NCBI GenBank assembly: GCA_902617895.1
Contig: CACMYJ010000005.1
Coordinates: 25,588 to 89,587 of the forward strand
DNA length: 64,000 nucleotides
Direction of reading: 5' to 3'
From: an uncultured Pelagibacteraceae bacterium
GTDB lineage: Bacteria > Pseudomonadota > Alphaproteobacteria > Pelagibacterales > Pelagibacteraceae
Part shown: piece by piece, positions 57,438 to 64,000 of the stretch
How the letters are laid out: each line of letters starts with the position of its first letter
Numbering within the stretch: the stretch's first letter is position 1
Notes under the pieces: model-generated
Database searches by the model: none
Seen by the model: the letters and a program-made list of their open reading frames with translations, nothing else
Told to the model about the DNA's origin: nothing
Made by a program: the position numbers and the translations under genes

Positions 57438-58370
57438 TTATTTAAAATCGTTAGCGTTTTCTTTTGTTACTAATTGTGTTCCAGTATCAATATTAGGATC
57501 AATACTTCCTCCATTAGCTAACTCAAGTGCATACTTAACTCCATACGCTCCCATGTTGTATGAGAACTGAGCGATAGTTGCAGTCATTTCACCTTTTAAG
57601 ATACTTGTAGCTGCATCAGGTGTAGCATCAAAACCTACAACAACAACATCATTCATGTCAGCATCTTTTAAAGCTTGCATTGCACCTAAACCCATATTGT
57701 CATTAGAAGCAAATATTGCTTTAATGTTTGGATTTTTTAGAATGATTGACTCTGTTACAGATCTACCTTTTGCTGTATCCCACTCTGCAGTTTGTGTTGC
57801 AACAAGATTTAAACCACAATTTTTAAATCCTTTGATTGCGCCATCTCTTCTTAACAATGCAGTTGATTGTGACTCAATTCCTGTAAGAATTGCAACGTCT
57901 GAACCTTTTGGAGTTTTATCACATATGAATTTAGCAGCTAACTCTGCACCATTCATATTGTTTGTTCCAATAAAAGTTACACCCTCGTTAATTCCTTTAG
58001 TATCAACAAACACAACTGGAACTCCACTTTTAATCGCATCATCTACAATTGGTGCGAAAGCATTTGGATCTCCGGGTGCTAGAGCTAGTGCATCAACACC
58101 TTTTGCAAGTTGATCTTCTACTTGGTTAATTTGAGCCTGTACATCACCTTCTTGTGGAGGTGCAATTAGAATTAGTTTAACGCCTAATTTTTTAGCTTCT
58201 TCTTCAGCACCTTTAGTTACAGAAGCCCAGAATGGGTTTCCTGATCCAGGTCCTTTAATACTGAATAAGATTTTTTTTCCATGTCCATCAGCAAAAGAAA
58301 CTGATCCCATGCTTATCAATAAAAAAATTGCTGATAGAAAAACAACTATTTTTTTGTTTAGTTCTCTCAT
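57438..58370 (-). CDS. Monosaccharide/polyol ABC substrate-binding protein (RbsB-like)
   Basis: NPFW, VVFVD, RRDG, ASNDNM, VVGFD; signal peptide ending SFA-DGH. Confidence 0.9.
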   Translation of the reverse strand: MRELNKKIVVFLSAIFLLISMGSVSFADGHGKKILFSIKGPGSGNPFWASVTKGAEEEAKKLGVKLILIAPPQEGDVQAQINQVEDQLAKGVDALALAPGDPNAFAPIVDDAIKSGVPVVFVDTKGINEGVTFIGTNNMNGAELAAKFICDKTPKGSDVAILTGIESQSTALLRRDGAIKGFKNCGLNLVATQTAEWDTAKGRSVTESIILKNPNIKAIFASNDNMGLGAMQALKDADMNDVVVVGFDATPDAATSILKGEMTATIAQFSYNMGAYGVKYALELANGGSIDPNIDTGTQLVTKENANDFK

Positions 58371-58476
58371 ATTTTTACCCCTTTAATAATTATTAAAAAT
58401 TAATTTAATTAAATTTTTAAAAAAAATTCAACTGTTTATAAAAGACAATGTTCTTGAGGTTCAACCCAAACGTGTA

Positions 58477-59490
58477 TTATTTTCTTGTTCCAAGATCTCT
58501 TCTTAATACATCTATATATACGGCCAAAACTATTATAGACCCTATTAAGACTTGTTGCCAAAATGAGCTAACATCCATGAGATTAAGGCCATTTCGTAAA
58601 ATACCCATAATCATGACTCCAGCAAATACTCCAAGTACTGTACCTCTTCCACCAAAAAAACTTGCTCCTCCAATAATGCAGGCTGCAATAGCATCTAATT
58701 CTGATTGGAGACCAGCATTTGGGTATCCTGAGTCTGTTCTTCCTGCTAAAATTAATGCTCCAATACCTGATAAAAATCCGCACAAAGAGTAAACAATCAC
58801 TAATATTTTATTAACGTTTATACCTGAAGCTCTTGCTGCATTAGGGTTACCTCCTATTGCGTATATCCATTTTCCAGTCCGTGTTTTATTCATAAATATC
58901 CAGAAAATTATGTATACGATTGCGATTAAAACTAAGCTCACTGGAAGGTATTGAGATTTTTCAAGGCCAAGCCAAGTTAAATCAATTCGTCCATGTCCAA
59001 GATACCTCACCTCATCTGTGAAACCACTTATTGGTGTTCCACCTGAAATTAAATTTCCCGTTCCCCTGAATATATAAAGAGTACCCAAAGTCATTATAAA
59101 TGGATGGGGCATCCTCAACAATGTTATTCCTAATCCATTAAATAAACCACAAAGAAAACCTGCAATCAAAGGTGTAATAACTACTATATACCAAGGGGCT
59201 CCAGCTTTAGCAACTATTGCCAGTATCATTAATGATAACATCATGATGGATCCAACAGAGAGATCAATACCAGCAGTAACAATAACCATGAATACTCCTA
59301 ACGCTAACATCGATTGCCAAGAAATTTGTTTAAATACATTTGTAACATTTCTCCATGATAAAAAAACATCTGGTTGAAGAAAATGCATCACTACAATCAT
59401 TATGACTAACAATAAAAGTATTCCATACTTTTCAAGGTATGGCATTATTTTTAAATATAATGATTCTTTTTCTTGATCTTTATTTTCCAT
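58477..59490 (-). CDS. Monosaccharide ABC permease (RbsC-like)
   Basis: GIDLSVGS, PFIMTLG, AIGGN..AA..SG, ELDAIAA.IIGG. Confidence 0.92.
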   Translation of the reverse strand: MENKDQEKESLYLKIMPYLEKYGILLLLVIMIVVMHFLQPDVFLSWRNVTNVFKQISWQSMLALGVFMVIVTAGIDLSVGSIMMLSLMILAIVAKAGAPWYIVVITPLIAGFLCGLFNGLGITLLRMPHPFIMTLGTLYIFRGTGNLISGGTPISGFTDEVRYLGHGRIDLTWLGLEKSQYLPVSLVLIAIVYIIFWIFMNKTRTGKWIYAIGGNPNAARASGINVNKILVIVYSLCGFLSGIGALILAGRTDSGYPNAGLQSELDAIAACIIGGASFFGGRGTVLGVFAGVMIMGILRNGLNLMDVSSFWQQVLIGSIIVLAVYIDVLRRDLGTRK

Positions 59491-59492
59491 AA

Positions 59493-60242
59493 TTATTTTT
59501 TACCCATTATCCATCCAATAACTTCGTCCCTTGAAGTCTTAGATAATTCAGATTCCGCAAAATTTGTTCCTTGAAATAATGCCATTACACGATCACATAC
59601 AGCAAAAATATCATCCATTCTATGACTGATGACAATTACTCCAACACCTGTTTTCTTTAAACTATTTATTAGGTCTAGAACTTTTCCAACTTCTTTTATT
59701 GCAAGTGCAGCAGTTGGTTCATCCATTATTACAACTTTGGCATTAAATGCTGTTGATCTAGCAATTGCGACTGCTTGTCTTTGACCACCTGAAAGTTCCT
59801 CTACTTTTTGATCAGCACTTTTTACATTAATTTTTAGTTTACCAAGATGTGCATCTGTAAGTTCTTTAATTTTTTTATAATCAAGAAATTTAAGTAGTCC
59901 AATATTTTTGGTTGGCTCACGTCCTAAAAAAATATTTTCACCTATTGGAAGATTTCCAGCTAATGCCAAATCTTGATAAACCATTTCTAAACCTAAATTT
60001 TGAGAATCTTTAGGGCTTTCTAAAATTTCCTCTTTGCCATCAAAAAATAATGAGCCTGCACTTGGTTTGTATAGCCCTGATAAAACTTTCATTAAAGTTG
60101 ATTTTCCAGCTCCATTATCACCCACAACGCCAAGACATTCTCCTGCATGTATCTTTAAATTAACATTCTCAAGAGCTGTTATGGTTCCAAAGTATTTTGT
60201 TACACTTTTTGCTTCTAGAAGTAGTTGATTAATTGATGACAT
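59493..60242 (-). CDS. Monosaccharide ABC ATP-binding protein (single domain)
   Basis: GDNGAGKST, VYQDLAL, LSGGQRQAVAIAR; ATG at 60242. Confidence 0.9.
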   Translation of the reverse strand: MSSINQLLLEAKSVTKYFGTITALENVNLKIHAGECLGVVGDNGAGKSTLMKVLSGLYKPSAGSLFFDGKEEILESPKDSQNLGLEMVYQDLALAGNLPIGENIFLGREPTKNIGLLKFLDYKKIKELTDAHLGKLKINVKSADQKVEELSGGQRQAVAIARSTAFNAKVVIMDEPTAALAIKEVGKVLDLINSLKKTGVGVIVISHRMDDIFAVCDRVMALFQGTNFAESELSKTSRDEVIGWIMGKK

Positions 60243-60264
60243 AAGTGAAGAAAATATAAAAAAA

Positions 60265-61287
60265 TCAATTAATTGCAACAGGTTTTGAGGCTAATAGCTT
60301 TACAGTTTTTCTTTCAGCCCTTTTGCAGAATTTTGGAGGTATTTTTTTCAAAATTAGGCTCATATCTTTTAGAACAATTTCACCCATATCAAAAAAAGCC
60401 TGTTCTAAAGCTCCAGCTCTATGAGCTGAAAATAATACATTTTTAAGTTTTCTAATTGGATCATTTTTTTTTACCGGCTCTTCAGGGAATACGTCCGTTG
60501 CAACATAAATATCCCCTTTTTTAATTCTTTTTTTAAGATCTTCAAAGTTAACAATCGCTGCTCTACTCATTAAAATAAAAACTGATTTTGGCTTCATTTT
60601 ATTCAATAATTTTTTGTTTATTAAATTTTTGTTTTTAGTTGTGATTGTAGCCAATACATAAATAATCTCACAATTTCTAAACATTTTATTTAAATTTATA
60701 GATTTAAAGCCAGCTTTCTTGATAATTTTGTTTGGCACCCAAGGATCATAAACATTTATGTTTTTTGTAAAGGGTAACAATAATGGGTAAAGCGCCTTAG
60801 CTAAATCTCCAAAGCCAAGTAAACCGATGTTTTTATTTGTCAAAAGCGAAGCATTTGAATTACTCTTTAAACCATATTTTTCTTTACCTTTTATAAAATC
60901 ATAATGAGCATTATGTATATTTCTTAATATAGATAAAGTCATACCTAGTGCTATTTCAGCAACAGGCTTTGAAAAAACTGGTGATGTAGCAATAATATCA
61001 ATTTTTTTTTTAAAGCAATAATCATAATCAATATTATCCATAAAATTGCTTTCAACATTTATAATACATTTCAATTTAGTAGCTTTTGACAAAAGATTTT
61101 TATTTAGATCTGGTTGACCCAATATAAATGTAGCTTTATGGATATTTTTTTCATAAAAATTCTTTTTATTTAATTTAGGAGCTTTTAATAATTTATATTT
61201 TGATTTTAGTTCCTTAAGTTTTTTTTTCGAAAAGATTAAGTTTAATTTTCTTGGAAATGGATCAGAAATAACTATATGTTTTTTCAC
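60265..61287 (-). CDS. D-isomer 2-hydroxyacid dehydrogenase; GTG start
   Basis: GFGDLA, MSRA, DVFPEEP, AHRAG. Confidence 0.85.
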   Translation of the reverse strand: MKKHIVISDPFPRKLNLIFSKKKLKELKSKYKLLKAPKLNKKNFYEKNIHKATFILGQPDLNKNLLSKATKLKCIINVESNFMDNIDYDYCFKKKIDIIATSPVFSKPVAEIALGMTLSILRNIHNAHYDFIKGKEKYGLKSNSNASLLTNKNIGLLGFGDLAKALYPLLLPFTKNINVYDPWVPNKIIKKAGFKSINLNKMFRNCEIIYVLATITTKNKNLINKKLLNKMKPKSVFILMSRAAIVNFEDLKKRIKKGDIYVATDVFPEEPVKKNDPIRKLKNVLFSAHRAGALEQAFFDMGEIVLKDMSLILKKIPPKFCKRAERKTVKLLASKPVAIN

Positions 61288-61293
61288 TTTTAT

Positions 61294-62451
61294 TTATTTA
61301 AGCAATTTCTTTGCATCTATTTCTAAAAATTTTTTTGGTTTTGCGCAGTTTGTATTTACTGATACAGATTTTCCAGATTTAGCTGCTTTCATAATTGAAG
61401 TTATAATTTCTAATACATGCAAAGATATTTCACCACTACATAAATGTTTTCTTTTGTTCTCAATTGAATATGCCATCTCAGACAATCCAGCTCCTCGATA
61501 GTTTGCATTGGTTGGCGCTTCGTTAGCTCTAGAACTTTGTGTTCTAATGTTAATACGTCCCAAAGACATTTTTGTGGTCTTAAATTCTCTCCAATTATTC
61601 CCTAATTTATTACAGATTAACACTGATCCGCCAAACATATTTGGATCTGGAACAATCATTGACCCCTTTTCTCCATATAATTCAATATGATTTCTTTGAT
61701 GAGCTATTACATCAAATGATAATGTTAATCTTATAACAGAGTTATTTTTAAAAGTGATTGTGGATAAATATGTAGTTGGACATTCTACCTTAAATTTTTT
61801 TCCTTTTTTTGGTCCTATTCCTATAGTCCGATATTTTTGACCTTGAATGATGGTGCTAGTTACTTTTCTTGCAGGTCCTAAAAGATTTACTAAAGCAGTA
61901 ATATAATAAGGTCCCATATCAATAACAGGACCTCCTTCTTTTTTTGCAAACCATGGTTCAGGGTTAGGGTGATAAGACTCAATTCCAGGAAAAGCAAAAA
62001 CTGCATTACCTAATTTTATTTTTCCGATAGAATTTTTTTCAACTAGTTCTTTTGATTTTTGTATTCCACCGCCCAAAAAAGTGTCAGGAGCATTACCTAA
62101 ATAAAGTTTATTTTTCTTTGAAAGTTTTAATAAATCTTTTCCATCTTTTAAATTAATTGCTAAAGGTTTTTCAGAGTATACGTGTTTTCCATTTGTTAAC
62201 GCTTTTTTAGAAATCATATAATGCGCTTTTGGAATGGTAAGGTTTAAAATAATTTCAATTTCTTTGTCTTTAAGAAGTTCGTTTACAGTTAAAAATTTTA
62301 TACCATAATTAAATGCACATCGTTTTGCAGCTTGCATATTAATATCAGCACATTTAATAATTTTTATATTATTAAAATATTTTTCAGCTCTAAAATATGT
62401 TTCAGCAATATGTCCACAGCCTATTAAGCCAATTTTAAAAACTTTATTCAT
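61294..62451 (-). CDS. Gfo/Idh/MocA oxidoreductase (inositol-pathway associated)
   Basis: GLIGCGHI, SEKP, APDTFLG, GGP..DMGPYY. Confidence 0.85.
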   Translation of the reverse strand: MNKVFKIGLIGCGHIAETYFRAEKYFNNIKIIKCADINMQAAKRCAFNYGIKFLTVNELLKDKEIEIILNLTIPKAHYMISKKALTNGKHVYSEKPLAINLKDGKDLLKLSKKNKLYLGNAPDTFLGGGIQKSKELVEKNSIGKIKLGNAVFAFPGIESYHPNPEPWFAKKEGGPVIDMGPYYITALVNLLGPARKVTSTIIQGQKYRTIGIGPKKGKKFKVECPTTYLSTITFKNNSVIRLTLSFDVIAHQRNHIELYGEKGSMIVPDPNMFGGSVLICNKLGNNWREFKTTKMSLGRINIRTQSSRANEAPTNANYRGAGLSEMAYSIENKRKHLCSGEISLHVLEIITSIMKAAKSGKSVSVNTNCAKPKKFLEIDAKKLLK

Positions 62452-62460
62452 ATAAAGTTT

Positions 62461-64000
62461 TTAAACACCTTGTCTCTGTTTTGATTTTCCTTCTTTGTGA
62501 AGTTTTAATGCTTCCTCGTTCTCTTTTGTTGTTGGTATCTCAAGTGTAGGGCTTTCCCAATAAGCTGATCCTTCAAGCCATTCGTAACTATGTGTTTTAA
62601 TTGATATAACATAAGTTACATCTGATTGTTTTGCTCTTTTAAATGCTTCTTCTAATTCTGAAATACTAGAAACATGTTCTGATTTTGCTCCCATACTTGC
62701 TGCATGCTGAGCGAAATTTACTTCTATGGAGTTTTGAATATTTGAAGAGTTAAACAAACAATTAAATTCTTTTCCACCCTTGAACAATTGAAGTCTATTT
62801 ATAACAGCATGACCTCCATTATCACACACAATGATTATTAATTTATTATTAGTAATTACTGAAGAATATATATCTGAATTATTAAGTAGGTATGATCCAT
62901 CGCCAACAAAAGCAATTACGTCTTTATCAGGATTAGCCATTTTTATACCAAGAGCACCAGAAATTTCATAACTCATGCAACTAAATCCCCACTCTGTTTC
63001 ATGAGTATTTAACTCTTTTGGACGCCACACTTGAACAACTTCTCCAACCAAACCTCCGGCTGCTGTAACAGCTATATCAGTTGGATCTGAATTTCTATAA
63101 ATTGCTCCAACAGCATGAGCATAACTTGGTAATTCTTGATTTGTTGGACCACTCTCTTTATCTACGTATTCATTCCAAGATTTTAATTCAACTTGTGATT
63201 TTTTATGCCAGCTATCAGATGATTTCCAATCTCCAATAGCGTTAGATAATTCTGTTAAGGTAACTTTTGCATCACCTATAACTGCTTCTGCTAAATGTTT
63301 GTTGGCATCATGTCTTGCTATATTAATTGAAACTAATTTAAATTCAGGATTTTCAAAATTAGCCCAAGAGCCAGTTGTAAAATCTGCAAGCTTAGTTCCT
63401 ATGCAGATTGCTAAATCAGTTTCTTTTGCTAAGTTATTTGCTGCCTTACCACCAAGGCCACCTATTGGTCCTACAAAATGAGAATGATCTTTTTTCATTG
63501 TTGAGTACCCCATAACTGTTTGGGTTACTGGTATATTATGTTTAATTGCAAAATTGCCTAACTCATCCATTGCATCAGAATAAAATACTCCACCTCCAGA
63601 AATTATAATAGGTTTTTTTGAATTTTTAATTTTTTCTACTGCTTGTTTGATTTGAAAATCATCAGGTCTAGGTCTTCTAATATTATGAATTCTTTCTTTA
63701 AAAAATTCCTCAGGATAATCAAAAGTTTCACCCTGTACATCTTGGCACAAAGATAAACATGCAGGTCCACACTCTGCTGGATCTAACATGGTTTGAATTG
63801 CTTGAGGAAGTGACTGTAATATTTGTTCTGGTCTTGTAATTCTATCAAAATATTTTGTAACTGGTTTAAAAGAGTCGTTAGCTGTCATTCCTGGATTTGA
63901 AAAATGTTCAACCTGTTGCAAAACTGGATCTGGCATTCTATTTGCGTAAGTGTCTCCAGGTAAAAATAAAATTGGCAATCTATTACTCATTGCTACAGCT
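62461..64000 (-). CDS. iolD: 3D-(3,5/4)-trihydroxycyclohexane-1,2-dione acylhydrolase, 5'-truncated by the window edge
   Basis: NRLP.L.LPGD.YA.R.PDPVLQQVE, E.GFSCM.YEI, TPP motif GDGSY...DN. Confidence 0.92.
   Translation of the reverse strand, partial: AVAMSNRLPILFLPGDTYANRMPDPVLQQVEHFSNPGMTANDSFKPVTKYFDRITRPEQILQSLPQAIQTMLDPAECGPACLSLCQDVQGETFDYPEEFFKERIHNIRRPRPDDFQIKQAVEKIKNSKKPIIISGGGVFYSDAMDELGNFAIKHNIPVTQTVMGYSTMKKDHSHFVGPIGGLGGKAANNLAKETDLAICIGTKLADFTTGSWANFENPEFKLVSINIARHDANKHLAEAVIGDAKVTLTELSNAIGDWKSSDSWHKKSQVELKSWNEYVDKESGPTNQELPSYAHAVGAIYRNSDPTDIAVTAAGGLVGEVVQVWRPKELNTHETEWGFSCMSYEISGALGIKMANPDKDVIAFVGDGSYLLNNSDIYSSVITNNKLIIIVCDNGGHAVINRLQLFKGGKEFNCLFNSSNIQNSIEVNFAQHAASMGAKSEHVSSISELEEAFKRAKQSDVTYVISIKTHSYEWLEGSAYWESPTLEIPTTKENEEALKLHKEGKSKQRQGV

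Noticed and set aside
9087-58431. Recurring TTG-type promoters with 18-nt spacers as a special sigma-factor class
   Set aside because: Hand-picked in very AT-rich DNA, and 17-nt examples also occur; not supportable without TSS data.
58432-58476. Short GC-richer spacer between permease and SBP as a possible sRNA or riboswitch
   Set aside because: About 45 nt long with only weak pairing and no recognisable family motif.
57655-58792. Long antisense ORFs in the track (57655-58113, 58448-58792; also 52814-53185, 33982-34332, 36464-36847, 22340-22681 and others)
   Set aside because: They are shadow frames of well-supported genes on the opposite strand and show no motifs or RBS.
1-64000. CRISPR arrays, tRNA/rRNA genes, IS elements, prophage or defence genes
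   Set aside because: No spaced direct repeats, no intergenic room for structural RNAs, and no transposase, integrase, nuclease or phage-like ORFs were seen.

Overview
Very AT-rich, gene-dense window with short intergenic spacers. Gene content and composition fit a streamlined marine alphaproteobacterium, most likely SAR11/Pelagibacterales (inference). No rRNA, tRNA, CRISPR array, mobile element or transcription-factor gene was seen. Layout: (1) 1-10.7 kb: sugar ABC transporter, a HAD protein lacking its catalytic Asp, pseudoazurin, MFS, betaine-type ProXVW transporter, hydrolase and racemase. (2) 10.7-18 kb: thiol/metal locus with a 1-Cys peroxiredoxin, persulfide dioxygenase, a 36-aa 12-Cys metallothionein-like peptide missing from the ORF track (12231-12341), cysE-cysK, nine consecutive small single-domain proteins (SnoaL, cupin, dimeric alpha-beta barrel, GYD, DUF1330; several Met-rich), a CopI-like cupredoxin and an SMR transporter. 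(3) 18-27.5 kb: Dpp/Opp ABC transporter with GATase, AhpD-like, DUF952, HisN-like, a TauD/BBOX dioxygenase and ccdA. (4) 27.5-64 kb: ppc and a large sugar, sugar-acid and inositol catabolism region with ABC, TRAP and TTT transporters. Best leads: the metallothionein-like smORF, the adjacent small-protein array, and three unrelated exported proteins whose predicted mature N-terminus is Asp-Gly-His (ATCUN Cu/Ni motif). Product calls come from motif recognition only; no database searches were run.
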